A DNA stretch of 64,000 bases from Eledone cirrhosa (GCA_964016885.1 OZ024741.1:102114001-102178000); one strand, 5' to 3'. Counted from the first letter of the stretch, positions 39,302 through 55,357 are shown. Numbers and translations are program-made. Notes: generated by a model from the letters alone, not told the origin.

Positions 39302-42300
39302 GCGCGGGGAGATAGAAATAATCGAGCTGGATGCCCGATCGCGCAGTTAAACCACTGGGAGTGAAGAACCCCTAGCCCTTGTCAGGGCATTCTTCTAGGA
39401 GAAGGCATCTCAGGAAACTGGGTTAACTCCGATATAAAACCTGCGGCTCAGTAGTTACCGATGATGTTGATCTTTTCTTCTTTTCGGGTTATAGCTACTG
39501 TCGCTCAGAGAGTGGGATTGGCTCAGTGCACAGTCTTTCCTCACTTTAAAAATATTCCTCACGCACAGGCATTGCACGAGTGCATTAATAATTATTAATA
39601 GTGTACTACTATTATTATTATTATTATTATTACTATTATTATTACTTTTTTTTTTTTTTTTTCCAATTCAATGATGTTCCAGAACAATGTAAAAGAGATA
39701 ATTGGCAATTTAGGTTCTGGAACAAAAAAGATCATTGGCAATAAGGGCAGGGGCCCCAAGTTATCACAGCCTGGGCCCGCTCGTCGTCGTGCCATTGTAA
39801 TAGAGCCAAACAAGGCATTTAGTCTTGGCTGCTGGAACGTACGGACGCTGCTTGACAGGGATTCCTTGGAGCGTCCTGAACGAAGGACCGCTCTTGTTGC
39901 AAAGGAGCTTCGACGTTACGATCTTGACATCGTGGCTTTATCTGAGACGAGGTTAGCTGGAGATGGTCATCTTACGGAATTTTGTGGAGAATATACATTC
40001 TTCTGGAAAGGAAGAGATGAAGGAACCAGAAGAGAGGCTGGGGTAGGATTTGCTGTTAAGACTGTACTTGTGAATACATTAGAAGAATTCCCAGTGGGGA
40101 TTAGTGAGCGTCTTATGTCCATGAGAGTTCCGCTGGACAAGGGAAGATATGCTACCCTGGTGAGTGTGTATGCTCCAACTATGAATTCTGTCGATGAAGA
40201 AAAACTGTCCTTTTACCATGCCTTGAAAGGTGTTCTGAGAAATATCCCTCAGGCAGACAAAGTCATCGTGCTTGGTGACTTTAATGCTAGAGTGGGTAGG
40301 GATTTTAACACATGGAATGTAATCGGAAGGCATGGGGTGGAAAAGTGTAAAAGCAATGGTATGCTCTTGCTGCAGATGTGTGAGGAGCTGGATCTGTGTG
40401 TTACCAACACCATGTTCCAACAAAAGAACAAATTCAAGACCACATGGATGCATCCTGCATCTAAGGAATGGCATCTTTTGGACTACGTCCTAGTCAGGAT
40501 GCGTGACAGACAGGATGTGCAGTGTGTTCGTGTTCTTCGTGGAGCTGAGTGCTGGACGAACCACCGCCTGGTACGCGCAAAAGTGAATCTAATCACCAAA
40601 CGTAAAATCCGGGCTCCTGGTGTTACCCTGCCCAAAAGATTGAATGCTGCTCGTCTTAAGGATAAAAATGTGAAGAGGACATTGGAAGAAGAGATGCAGG
40701 CTGCAGATCTTGGTGAGGATTGGCCGACCCTTAAAAAGTCGGTTTATGATGTAGGCAGACGTGTTCTGGGATTGGTGCAGAGAAAACATCAGGACTGGTT
40801 TAATGAGAATGATGTACATATAGAAGACTTGTTGGCTGATAAGAGGCGTGCTCTGTCACGCTACTTGACGGCAAAACCACAGGAGAGGAATACGTTGCAT
40901 GAGGAGCTCAGGGATGTAAAATCACGTGTTAGGCGGAGTCTTTCTCAGATGAAGGATCAGTGGTGGAGTGAGAAGGTTGGTGAGATACAAACTGCGTCTG
41001 ATTGCAATAACACAAAGCTGTTGTACAGTCTCTTGCGTGAGGTTTATGGACCGTCTTCTTCTCTGGTGACACCGATTCGCAGCAAGGATGGCAAAGAACT
41101 TCTTCGTGACTCACAAGGAATTCTACGAAGGTGGTGAGAGCACTTTGATGATCTTTTGAATCAGCCGTCTGTCGTCAGTGAAGATTTCCTCAATCTCATT
41201 CCGGAAAGTCCTGTGAAAGTAGCTCTCGCAGAACCTCCGACGCTTGTGGAGGTTGCAGTGGCTATTTCGAAGCTGAACAGTGGAAGATCTCCAGGTATGG
41301 ATGGCATACATGCTGAGCTCCTACAATATGGTGGTGAGAGACTCCTGCAACATCTTCACTCTTTGTTTGGAAGGATATGGGCTAATGAATCCGTGCCTGA
41401 GGACTGGAGAGATGCAGTAATGGTGGTCTTGTACAAGGGAAAGGGTAACAGGAATGATTGTGGGAACTACAGAGGTATATCATTGCTTTCTGTCGTAGGG
41501 AAAGTTTTATGTAGGGTGCTTCTGGACCGTCTGCTGACACACATTGCAGATTGTGTCCTTCCTGAAAGTCAATCTGGTTTTCGTCCTGGACGCGGCACTA
41601 CTGATATGATCTTCTCAGCTAGACAGCTCCAGGAGAAGTGCATTGAACAAGGCTTGGATCTGTATCAGGTTTTTGTCGATCTGACAAAGGCTTTCGATAC
41701 TGTCAACAGAGATGCATTATGGAAGGTTCTCCAGAAACTTGGTTGCCCTGATAAGTTCCTTGCTTTAGTTAGGTCTTTCCATGACGACATGAAGGCTTGG
41801 GTTAATGTCGGAGGTAACATGTCGGAGCCTATCTCAGTAAAAAATGGAGTGAAACAGGGGGATATTCCAGCACCAACCCTGTTTGCCATATACTTTGCAA
41901 TGGCTTCTGTATTGCATTCAGGAATTGCGAGCATGGTGTTTACATCCGATATCGAACCTCAGGCAGCATATTTAACATCAGGCGCTTTGCTGCGAAGACA
42001 AAAGTATTTACATCAATCATAAGAGACCTCTTGTATGCAGATGATTGCGATCTTGTAGCGCACACAGAGAGTGATATGCAGCACATTTTGAATGCATTTT
42101 CTGACGCTTGCACTGCCCTAGGTTTGACTGTCAGTCTCAAGAAAACCGTCGTCATGTACCAACCTGCCCCTGGTAAGCAGTACACTGAACCAAACATCTA
42201 TGTGTATGGCAAACGACTTGGAGTGGTTGATCAGTTTGTCTACCTGAGAAGCACTGTCAATCGATACAGCAACCTTGACAGTGAAATCTCACTTAGGAAA

Positions 42301-43625
42301 TCTCACTTAGGAAAGCAAGTGATGCTTTCGGAAAGCTAGAAAGGCGACTCTGGGGTCGGCGAGACATATGCAGGAGGACAAAGGTAAAGGTGTATAGGGC
42401 ATGTGTGCTCTCTTGTCTTCTTTATGCCTGCGAGACCTGGGTCACATATCGACACGACCTTAAGCAATTGGAGCGTTTCCATCAGATGTGTCTCAGACGG
42501 ATCCATGGCGTTCACTGGAGGGACCACATCAGTGATATCGAGATTTTGGAAAGCTCTATGTGTGACAGTATAGAAGCTCTTGTGCTTAAGCAACAACTCC
42601 GTTGGAGTGGTCACCTTGCCAGGATGAAGGATTCTAGAATACCAAAACAACTCTTTTGTGGAGGGTTGGTTAAAGGAAAACGACCGCCACATAAACCAAA
42701 AAAGAGGTATAAGGATTCCTTGAAAGCCTCTCTGAAAGACGCTAACATCTCTGCTGATACATGGGAAAATATTGCTGCTGATCGTAATAAATGGAGAAAG
42801 ACTGTATATGAGGGAAAAGTTGCCTTTGAGGCATCTCGAATCGCATACGAGAAAGTAAAGCGGGATGTGAGGAAGGGCATTGCTGTTGCACTTCCAGTCG
42901 GCGAGGGTCCTCCTATGGTGCTGACATGCAGCGTCTGTGCGAGACTCTGCCTAAGCAAAGCTGGACTCGAAAGTCATCTTCGCAGTCATAAAGTAAGACC
43001 AGTGGTTGACTACCAGGCTGCTGTTGGAGATGCTACTCATCATGCTTGCCAAACATGTGGTAGAGAATGTAAATCAGCAGGAGGGCTCAAGCGACATGCA
43101 AAAGTACACGAACTCCAACCACAGCCGACTATTCCCAGTGAATGTTTTGGTTGCCGACTCTGTGCAAGACATTTTAGATCATTGGCTGGGCTAAAAAGCC
43201 ACATTCGATCGCAGCGCTGTTAGTTGCTATCGTGTGTGTGTGTGTATAGATATGCTTATGTGTGTGCGTGTGTGTGTATATATATATGTATATGTATATT
43301 ATTATTGTTGTTGTCGTTATTATTATTGTTATTATTATTATTATTGTTATTAATGTATGTGTGTGTGTATATGTGTGTGTGTATATGTGTATGTATGTGT
43401 GTATGTATATATATATTTCTTTTTTCTTTTTTTCTTTTCTTTTTTTTCTTTATTAATTTTTTAATTTTTTTTATTTTTCTCCTCGTGCAATGGCCATACT
43501 CGATAACGAGGGGGCAGCCATCATGTATGTATGTATGTATGTATGTATGTATGTATGTATGTATGTATGTATGTATGTATGTATGAATGTATGTATGTAT
43601 GTATGCATGCATGCATATATGTATG
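39302..43625 (+). mobile_element. Near full-length RTE-clade LINE
   Basis: 5'UTR, single APE-RT ORF, 3'UTR stem-loop and (ATGT)n tail. Confidence 0.93.
39671..43223 (+). pseudogene. RTE polyprotein: APE endonuclease, reverse transcriptase, 3x C2H2 zinc fingers; 3 lesions
   Basis: WNVRTL, LSETR, VYAPT, GDFNARVG, LDYVL; YRGISLLS, QSGFR, FVDLTKAFD, GVKQGD, YADD; TGA at 41135-41137, frameshift near 41905, 14-bp duplication at 42283-42310. Confidence 0.93.
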
Positions 43626-43626
43626 T

Positions 43627-44134
43627 TTCTCTTTCTTTCAATTTCGAGTACATTTTTGACCGGCCACCTTCCAGTGGCAAGGTTGTAAAAGAAAAGAAAT
43701 TGTCATCCCTTGAATCGCAAGAATGTTTTGCAAATTTTGAAGGTGCCAGCTATCGTAGCCATTTGTAGTCTATGAATTAGGGAGCTGCGTTCTTTGTCCA
43801 CAAATCCAAGTTCAGTCATACTTTCAGTCATACTTTCGAAGTAGGTTGGTATATAACCTGTGGCTCCAATAATGATAGGTATGAAGCTGAAGGTGTATCT
43901 TCGATATTAGATCTGCAAACTCCTCATCAATGGTCCGGAGATGTCCTCCTTCTCTTATATTTTTCTTACAACGTTGACATCAAGTGGGCAGCTGATCTCT
44001 ACAACAGAGCACGTTTTCAATGTGTGGTTCCAAACAACAATATCAGGCCAGTTGTGTTTTAATTTGGTGGCAGTTTTTATTTTCATGTTCCACCAGCATT
44101 CTTTAGTGTCATCTATCTCAATATATTCCTCCTC

Positions 44135-44135
<1 letters not shown>
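43627..44135 (-). mobile_element. 3' fragment of an R4/Dong-like RLE retrotransposon
   Basis: Minus strand reads WWNMKIKTATKLKHNWPDIVVWN…VVEISCPLDVN…EKED…IPIIIGATG; flanked on both sides by (ATGT)n. Confidence 0.75.
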
Positions 44136-44165
<30 letters not shown>

Positions 44166-44668
44166 TGTATGTATGTATGTATGTATGTATGTATGTATGT
44201 ATGTATGTATGTATGTATGTGTGATGTATGTATGTACGCGTGTGTATGTATGTGTGTGTATGTCTGCGAGAATAGGTGATTAGGAAAAAATGAAAAGTAG
44301 ATTTCTCAAGCTATCATTCTCCAAAAGAAAGTCGTTCAGCAAACAAGGTCGTTGTTGAAGGCAAGAATATATAGTGACTGATGTGATCTCGTTATAAAGT
44401 GACATTGTCACAGGGAAAAGCAGTTTATGAGAATTCTCCATTCATTTATTTATTCTATCATTTAGTTATTTTATAACTCGTTCATTCAATCTTTCAGTAT
44501 ATCGATCAAGATATTCAGAATCTCTGAGAGTGTTACAGGGAATATCAGTTTATGGGAATGGCCCATTCTTTTATCCATTCTGTTATTCACACACACATAC
44601 ACATATATATATAATGTGTTATCATTAATGTAGTAATTATTATTCTGTATTTCAGTCATAGTCAACAC

Positions 44669-44950
44669 GTAATGGCCGAATGATTAAAAAGTTCGCTTCC
44701 TAATCATTAGATCCTGGATTTGATCCCACTGCATGACATCTTGTGCAAATGTCATTTACTAGAACCTGGAGTCGATTCATGCCTTGTGAGTGAAATTGGA
44801 TAGATGGAAACTGATTGGAAGCTCGTTGGATGTAATTCAAATGCCAGCCATGTCAAACACTATCATGTGTTTGTAGAATGCTCAGCCACTTACACGTTAA
44901 TTACACAGCCAGACAGTTCCGTTGACCGAACAACTAAAACACCTGACAGA
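44669..44950 (+). mobile_element. Degenerate tRNA-derived SINE(s)
   Basis: ATGGCCGAATGATT…GGATTTGATCCC head; tail similar to 47630-47750. Confidence 0.5.
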
Positions 44951-45926
44951 GATGTATTTCATTCAGTGATACAGTAATTCTTTCATTTGACCTTTCAGTA
45001 TATCGATCAAGACAATCTAAAAGAACCAATATAAATATGTTTCTATAGGCGCAGACAGACAAATTCTGCGATTGATTTAATTGCGGCACCAAGAGCTAGC
45101 GTCTTCAACTGTTGTCTCGTTTGTACAATACCTTGGAGGTGAACGTTTGTAGATAGAAACTGAGAAATCCCTTCGTGTATATGTACATGTGTATGTCTGT
45201 GTTTATCATCATCAAGTCGCATCCTTATATGTGTGTTATTATAAGTAATGTACTGGGTAATTGCTGGCCTTGTGCCAAAAGTAGAAACAGTTATTATACA
45301 TCCGTACGAAGCTAAGAAGATATGTGTGTGTATATGTAAGTAAAAGTGTGTGTGCTTGTAAGCACGAAGCTATGAGCAGAAGTATATTATTAATATAAGG
45401 GTGTGTATCTGTGTATACATATATATATATATATAATTTTTTCCTTTGTTAACACTTTAAATCTACCCTCCAAAACCGGAGGTTGCTTCCCTTGTTGGAA
45501 ATAACACGTGACAACTAAGTGTTCGCTGGCTGCCTTCTAGCGGCCGCATTTAGCTTGTCCACTCCGAATTATGGCAGAACGGAATCCCTGTTGATGAAAT
45601 GAATCCTCTGTTCGATCATGGAATACCACGAGTGTGCCTGTTACGTAAGTTGGATAACTGATTTCGGATTCATAGAAACACTTTAAACGTATATCGTTTG
45701 ATTTGTCCAGGTGTATCTTTTTAACTTTTTAACTTGTTAGTTTTTTCGTTACTTTGGTATTGTGTGATTAGCTTTAGCCTACCGCAATGTTCAATTTGTC
45801 AAGCTATTTAAACGTATGTTATTACTCTAAGGACCTACCCTAATTGAGTGGTTTGCTAACTCATTCCTATTGTAGGTCGACTTTGCTTGCCCACAGCCAA
45901 AGCTTTGAATTTACTAAGCTTCCACT

Positions 45927-47290
<1,364 letters not shown>

Positions 47291-47496
47291 AAAATTCACG
47301 ACATTTTCATCTATCGAATAGGTGCTTGTCGCTGCGGTTATTATTTGGGCAGCTCGTCAGTTCGACATATTTGTTATGGATGTGAAAATTAAAGTTCCAC
47401 AAGAGAGTTCTTATGGAAGGTGAGAGAATGTGGGGGTTCGATTGTAAGTTAGATAAGGGAAATGACTCTTAATTAGACTCGCACAAATGTTATGTG

Positions 47497-47750
47497 AAGG
47501 CGCATCGCTTAGTGGTTAGGGTATCCAGCTCAATCGCAAGATCATGAGTTCGATTCCTGGAGGCGCGTTGTGCCCTTGGCCGAGATACTTTATTTCTAGT
47601 TGTAACAAGAAAGAATGAGTTCTACATGTAATTCAAATGACCAGCGTTGTCACAGTATCTGTGGAATGCTCGGTGACCTGTACGTTAATTTAATGGGTAG
47701 GCTGTTCCATTGGTAGTAACAACTGGAATACTCATCGTTGGAACCGACAG
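47497..47750 (+). mobile_element. tRNA-derived SINE (second family)
   Basis: AGGCGCATCGCTTAGTGGTTAGG…GAGTTCGATTCC…GTGCCCTTGGCCGAGATACTTTATTTC. Confidence 0.7.
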
Positions 47751-48083
47751 AATTTCAACAACATGTTTGGTGTTATTTTTGTTGTTGTTGGTAGTTAACA
47801 TTGATTGGTGCAGAGATGATAGTTGTGGAAAATAAAGATCTTCCGGTTTTATAGATCGATAAACTCAAATATATCTACATATGAGTCAGAAAATATAAAC
47901 ATGTTTGCTATTTTTTTATAATTTTCTAAAGACAGCAATTATGTCATGAAATACATGTTGCTTTCCGAAAGGACAAGATTTAATTACTATCTACCTGGTG
48001 AAATTTCTCTTGACACTTTGATTTATTTAGAATTAATTGTGCTTAAGCTAGATGTTAAGATAGTTGACATAATATACACACCG

Positions 48084-48464
<381 letters not shown>

Positions 48465-48998
48465 ATGGTGGCTGCCAACTCGTTTTCGAGTACGGCCACT
48501 ACTTTATATCCATGTAGGAGAACCCCTACTGATGCGCTAAACGAGTGTGACTTTTCAGTCCAGCCAGCGACTTGAAAACTCGGGTACAAACACTACACTT
48601 GTGACAATTATTGACACATAGTGCTGGGCCAATGGTACCATGTCACGACAAGTGCAGAGAGATCTCCAGATATAAAGCAATGCCTGTGCCGTGAAGCTTT
48701 TATAGTGAGCAAAGGCACTGCACAAAGCCAGTCCCACTCTCTTAACCAAGATGATATTTACCAAAAAGAAGAACAAGTCAACATCATTGGATACCATCAG
48801 AGTTTCAGGTGTTATATCAGAGTTTTCCTTCTCCTAGAATTCTGCTTTGACAAAGGCTAAGGGGTCATCTCTCCCGGTGATTTTGGATGGCCATTGACTC
48901 TTAAGAGCTCCTTTGCCCTTTGACAGGTTTTGTTTTTAGTCCTGCAGGATGTCCAAAGTCACCCCCCTCACCAAGCAACCTTGGTGGGGTTGCCAGTT
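48465..48998 (-). mobile_element. Non-autonomous RTE derivative, second (longer) copy
   Basis: Reverse complement of 38228-38740 with few substitutions; embedded in (TA)-rich microsatellite. Confidence 0.85.
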
Positions 48999-49042
48999 TA
49001 TATGTATGTATATATATATATACATACATATATATATACATA

Positions 49043-49152
<110 letters not shown>

Positions 49153-50989
49153 CGTGTGTGCGTGTGCGTGTATGTGTGCATGTGTGCGTGTGTGTATGTA
49201 TATCTACGCACGCACACACACATATGTATCGATGTAAATGTTTGGTTGTAGGTTTATAGAAAATATAAATAACAAACATTTACTGATGGGGTGGCTCCAT
49301 GCATATAGCAGATTTGTATTCATTATACGTTATATATATTAATTTCTTCCAGTGAGATCATGCACATTGCAGTGATATATGTTTATATATCGAATATAAT
49401 ACATGCATATATTCTCTTCTTCTTAGCCTCTTAGGGTGGGACGGTGTGGTAGTAAATTGGATTGGCCAGCTAGTTGACAGAATTGTTACAGCGCCTGACT
49501 AAATGACGTGCAGTGTTCGAGTGTAAACAAGAGAATCCCTACAGCATCACCCAACCGTCTAGAGTTAGCAGCTAAATACCCCTGAAATGTTATCACATTT
49601 TACTAGAGAAGGACATGTCGATAGTGTGATCCTGAGTTCCATGTACATCGGAAAATACTATATTGTAGATACTGGAATGTTGTTGAACATAGGTTTGCGC
49701 CATCCTAGTTGACCTTGGATTAAACAATAGTAATAACAACAAATCAAAGTGATGTTTTTGCTTCGTGGATGTGTGGTGGTCGTTTAGTTATCAATTAATT
49801 AACGTAACTAATTCAGTGAAGACTAAAAATCTAATTTAAAAACATTTGAGGTCCAGAAACAACATTAATGCAATATTTATCATTTTAATAACTTCAGCAA
49901 GTACAGTACTTAAATTATGCCTTCCAAGAAAATCATAGACGATGCTGTATAAGATGTAGTAGAGATGAGAGAATCACAATGTAAATGTACAATATTGTAT
50001 GCGAGTATATTGTATTAGATATTTTAAAGTTCACCGTATTAATTATGTTAAATCTAACTTAACTATTGATTCTTTTTCATGCAAATGGCGTCTTTGAGTA
50101 ATTAGTTTAATCTTAGGGTTGTATATTTCTAAATATTCTAAGATGTTTTGCATACCCATGACACTGACGGTGTCTAAGTGAAAGGTAAAAGTTGATTTTG
50201 TTTGGCACCATTTTAGTCGCAACCATCAGAGCGGACTGGGGCAGGTGAATAAAAGACAAAAACACAACGCACCTCACGATACGGTCCACGAATCGAACTC
50301 ACGACCATGTGAACCAGACATCCTAACCACTAACCCATTCACCATCGCAATCACAATAAGAATAACAACAAACACTAGGATCTAACAGCATTATAATTTA
50401 CTTAGTTATAGATTAGCGGTTGTACACGTATTTGTAATATTTTTGTTCACATTATTTCATCCGATACCAACGTCTAACTAGCTAAGAAGGATTTAAAGAA
50501 TTGTTAGGCAGTTCTGTGTCTGCGTGCGTATGCATCTTTCCCTTCTCTTTCCTTCTCTCTCTGTATATATATTTATATATGCGTTAATTAAGTAAGATTT
50601 GGCACACGAACAGTATCTTCAAATGATCCGGTTTAAATGTATTCTTTTTCTTCTCTCACGAAAATCTACATTCTTTAAAAAAAAACGTATATACTACTAT
50701 TTTAGAATTTTGCTATATCCCAATTAAGAAAAACCCCGTCCAACTTCAAATAGGTTGACCACCATGCTAACATGCCAACCATTACTGTATGGCAAAATAC
50801 CGAACTTCGCTTTGTAACTACGTCTCAATAATATTGACCACTACGCCAACACGTCAACGATTTCTGGCATAGCAGAAGACCGAAGACCGTTGAGTAAAAT
50901 GTGCTCCAAATATGTTGACTTCGCGCCAACGTCCCAGCAATTACTGACATTACCATTTTTTCGTTTGATAGATATGGCGTCATTTAAGT

Positions 50990-51197
50990 GCTTGGCAAAA
51001 TCGTTAGAGCGTCGGTCAAAATGCTTTGAAGTATTTAATTATGGCCCTTTACGTTCTGAGTTCAAATCATGCCGAGGTTAGCTTTGCCTTTCATCCTTAC
51101 GGGGTCGATAAAATAAAGTACCAATAACGCACTGGGGTCGATTTAGTCGACTTTCTCTTTCCCTTCAAATTGCTGGCCTTGAGGCAACTGTAGAAAT
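50990..51197 (+). mobile_element. Nin-core SINE, older variant
   Basis: TGGCAAAATCGTTAG…GAGTTCAAATC…TTTGCCTTTCATCCTTACGGGGTCGATAAAATAAAGTACC. Confidence 0.8.
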
Positions 51198-51430
51198 AAT
51201 AATAATAATAATAATAATTTTTTCTTCGCTCAGCTTCTAACGATGGAGATGTATTATAGTGTTAGCTTTTCACTACCAGTGAACTGAGGTAACACCCCTT
51301 ATTTTTCGAGTAACCTCTGGAGTATTCGAACTGGTTCCAAGCAATGCTGTTTTGTAAGTGCTCCATCCGTATTGCAATCCCTATTTGTTTAATGTAATTC
51401 TCAAGATCTCTACTCACTGTTTACCACAAA
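51198..51430 (-). mobile_element. 3' end of an R4/Dong-like element next to (TAA)n
   Basis: Minus strand, frameshifted EHLQ-TALLGT-RILQRLLEK* (cf. LQKxALLGTARILR); short 3'UTR then TTA repeats. Confidence 0.6.
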
Positions 51431-51439
51431 ATGCACAAT

Positions 51440-51885
51440 GGACTATCCACTGTCTGGTGGCGGTAGTGAAAGAGGTTGTGTGGTGGACCAGGTTGAAAGG
51501 ACCGAAGACAGACACTTTTTTCTTCGGCCAATCCCTCATCAACTTTTTCAAGTTTCACTGGAGAAGAAAAGTGAAGATGGAGAGAGAAGTGCTGCCCCCA
51601 GTATATTTCATAAAAGGTGGGTGAATGTGGCGAGAATGGCCCAGGTGTATGGGCCTACTCCGGGCATGAGCCAGTAGGCTGGTAGATTTGAGGAGGAGAG
51701 GGGTGCCGTTCGTGGGTGCCTTCGAAGTGTCGGGTAATTCAGGATTGGACGCGTCCGGGTGGTTCTCTCCCTTATTAAGGAATGTAATTTGTTATTACGT
51801 TGATATATGTAACCCCAACCCACTGTTCCTGTATTTGTATAGTCCCTTATATGTCGGCCCTTGTGGCCAATAAACGAAACAATTA
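51440..51885 (+). mobile_element. 3' fragment of an L1/Tx1-like LINE
   Basis: CLVAVVKEVVWWTRLKG…LINFFKFHWRRKVKMER…KRWV resembles Tx1 ORF2 C-termini; ends in AATAAA. Confidence 0.45.
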
Positions 51886-51896
51886 TTATTATTGTT

Positions 51897-52095
51897 AGGG
51901 CGGTGGATTGGCAGTATCGGTAGAGGGTCGGACGCCATGCTTTCCAGCATAGAGTTACGGCCCTTTACGATCTGAGTTCAAATCCCGCCGAGGTTGACTT
52001 TGCCTTTCATCCTTACGGGGTGGATAAAATAAAGTACCAGTAATGCACTGGGTAATTGCTGGCCTTGTGCCAAAAGTAGAAACTATTATTATTAT
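51897..52095 (+). mobile_element. Full-length Nin-core SINE
   Basis: GGGCGGTGGATTGGCAGTATCGGTAG head through GTAGAAAC and (ATT)n tail; ATTATTATTATTGTTA on both sides. Confidence 0.9.
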
Positions 52096-52135
52096 TGTTA
52101 TTTTAGCAAAAGACAGTATTGTGAATATTGTCCAA

Positions 52136-52200
<65 letters not shown>

Positions 52201-52717
52201 ACGCACAAACTCACACGCACACACACAAACACAAACTCACACAAACTCGCACACAAACTCACACATACACACAGACAGAGACAGACATACACACGCACGC
52301 AAGCGTGCCCCCACCGCACATACATACACACCACTCATTACTGGCGTGGTAAAAGACAACTCTATAAATCTGGTTTAAATATGTTGACCAGAGTTCAAAG
52401 CCAACATCGCAACTTTTACTGGCGTGGTAGAAGACCATTCTTTAAACACAGTCCAAATGTTCTATTGAAGAAAACTGATGAAATGAAATACGTTGAACAC
52501 TTCAGCTTCAAATGACAGGAGAAAATAATCAATAGTAATGGAGAAAACAATCTCTCTCTCTCTGTATATATATATATATACACATCGATACACGTTCACA
52601 ACCATATCTTATTGAGTGAGTAATTGTGAGCAAACGAGTTTATGACAAATATTCCTTAGAACCCCGTCAGTACACACACACAAACACACGTATATATGTA
52701 TATATATATATATATAT

Positions 52718-52792
<75 letters not shown>

Positions 52793-52982
52793 GAACTCAG
52801 CAACAAAATAAAAAAGAAAATAGATTAAAAAAAGACCTGCATGAGATAAACAACAAAGGAAAAATGTTTTTTGAGATAATGATGATGATGATGGAAAACA
52901 AGTAACATGAAACTACACAAAGATCGGTTGATAATGCGTCTAAACCTACACTACACGTACACACATAAACATATGTATATAT

Positions 52983-53030
<48 letters not shown>

Positions 53031-53769
53031 GCGTGTGTGTGTGTGGCGTGTGTGTGTGTGTGTGTGTGTGTGTGAACGCATGTATGAGTGTGTGTGTATG
53101 TATTAGTGTGTGTCTGTCTGTGCGTATGTAACTTTTCCTTATTTGATTTTTACTGTCAGTTTCGACTCTTCCACTGTCCAGTTGAGTAGTTATCAACTAA
53201 AAATACAAACCAAAGATTAAAAAAACTCTATCCCCTGTTATCCAATGTCATTTTTGCAACTATTCACTTCCTTAATTTGATAATAGTCTGACACTAATAG
53301 ACTTTTATTTAATCAGCTATCATACACACCGAAAATTTACGAATTATAGCGTTTCGTATTTTCTGCAACACTTAGGTAGGCTTGAGTGTTTTTTCACAAA
53401 AATTGCTCCAAAATTTCCTTAAAAACTCTGAATTATTTGAGACATCGATATAATCCTATGTAGAGAAAGAATACACAGAACGTTTCTCTTCTTATACATA
53501 ATTGTTTCTACTTTTGGCACAAGGCCAGCATTGACGTCACTCCCAATATAATCTCCCCTTCTCCTTCCTTTCCCTTCATATCTCTGTTATCTCTATTTCT
53601 TTCTACGGCCAACGTCTTTGTGTTGTGTGGTGATTGTTTTACTGCTATACTTAATTTCCTAATAGGATAAAATAGATCTTGGGAAACCATATTGTATGCA
53701 TGCGCACGCGAAAGTATGTGTGTGTGTGTAAGTTAGCGTGTGTATGTGTGTGAGTCGTGGAACTTCGTT

Positions 53770-54080
53770 GATTCTAACGACGAGTGTTCCAGTTGTTCGA
53801 TGACGTAAACAACCTGCTCGTGAAATTAATGAACAAATGACTGAGTATTTCACAAACACGTGTACCCATAACGTAATTTTCAAGGAGATTCTGCATGAAA
53901 CAGCGAGTGACAAGGTTTGGCCTTTGAATTACAGATACAACTAATTTATTTGTAGTTGAGTTGAGTGGAGCAACGTGAAATAAAATGTCTTGCTCAAGGA
54001 CACAACGTGTTGCCAGGAATCGAACTTACAAACTTTCGATCGTGAGTTGAACTCTCCTATCACAAAGCCTTGTGTTTCAA
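53770..54080 (-). mobile_element. tRNA-derived SINE (second family)
   Basis: Reverse complement of GTTCGATTCCTGG…GTGTCCTTGAGCAAGACATTTTATTTCACGTTGCTCC. Confidence 0.7.
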
Positions 54081-54171
54081 CGAAACCATATCAAAATGCG
54101 TTAGAAGATGTTTAATCTTCCTAATCGCACCAATCTTGCCTTTTAAATAGTAGCTTATTCAATTTCATTAA

Positions 54172-54354
54172 TTGGCAGTATCGGTAGAGAGTCGGACACC
54201 ATGCTTTGAAGCATAGAGTTACGTCCCTTTACGGTCTGAATTCAAATCCCGCCGAGGTTAACTTTGCCTTTCATCCTTACGGGGTCGATAAAATAAAGTA
54301 CCAGTAATACACTGGGTAATTGCTGGCCTTGTGCCTAAAGTAGAAACAATTATT
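54172..54354 (+). mobile_element. Nin-core SINE
   Basis: Near-identical to the 51897 and 34983 copies. Confidence 0.88.
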
Positions 54355-54783
54355 AAATTTATACGGCTTAAAAGCATTTCGAAGACCTTATGCTATTGTA
54401 TTAGAGTAGTGACAGTCTCACTTACTTTAAATTTTCAGCAAACAGGGGGAGATAAAGCTGACAGAGCTATGTTTCGTACTGATTGGTACTTATCAAAGCC
54501 AAGTACCCCACTTGTTTGCTGAAAATCATGAATGTTTGATTATTATAGAATTTCTAGTAATAATCAGGAACTGATTATACAGAGCGGTTGCCGGTCAAGC
54601 AGAAATTGAAAATTAGAATTGGCGCTCTGAAACAGAGTATCTCTGATTGATCTTATATATGTATAATTATATCATCGCATATAGCCTTTCTGAGAAAACT
54701 CTTACGGGTGATGTACAAACTTCTACATTATCTTTGTACCTATCTTTCCACTATTCTTACATACATATATACGCGTATATAAA

Positions 54784-54864
<81 letters not shown>

Positions 54865-55357
54865 CTGTGCGTGTTCTTATGCGTATGTGTATGGTATATA
54901 TATATACCATACATATACGCATACGAACACGCACAGACACACATACAGATATACTCACACATATACATGATGGATTCTCAACTCTAATAATGTTTCCTTT
55001 CTCAAGTTCTCATCTTAATACTTCCCAAATGACACCGACATTTCTAATAAACCAGCGCTAACACTATTACAGGATCACATATTTTCACACCTTATTTTGA
55101 ACGTCGTACTGCTCTCACCAGAATAACAGGAAAAAACAACTAAAAAATAAACAGAAAGAAAAAGAAACAAACAAACATAAATAAAGTTGGTGAGATAGGA
55201 ACAACTAATAAAACACTCCTTATCTACCCAACTTTCCGCAGGAAACCCCACCACCTCATACCTCTCATTCAAATTCACTTTCTTTTTATTCAATGTACAA
55301 AATCTCACAATGTCATGAAAGTCCATTGATATTATATAAAACTAATTGAGCAGTATA

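Noticed and set aside
39302-39590. HDV-like or twister ribozyme in the RTE 5'UTR
   Set aside because: Plausible for RTE elements, but I could not fit the required pseudoknot or core by eye; it needs a descriptor search
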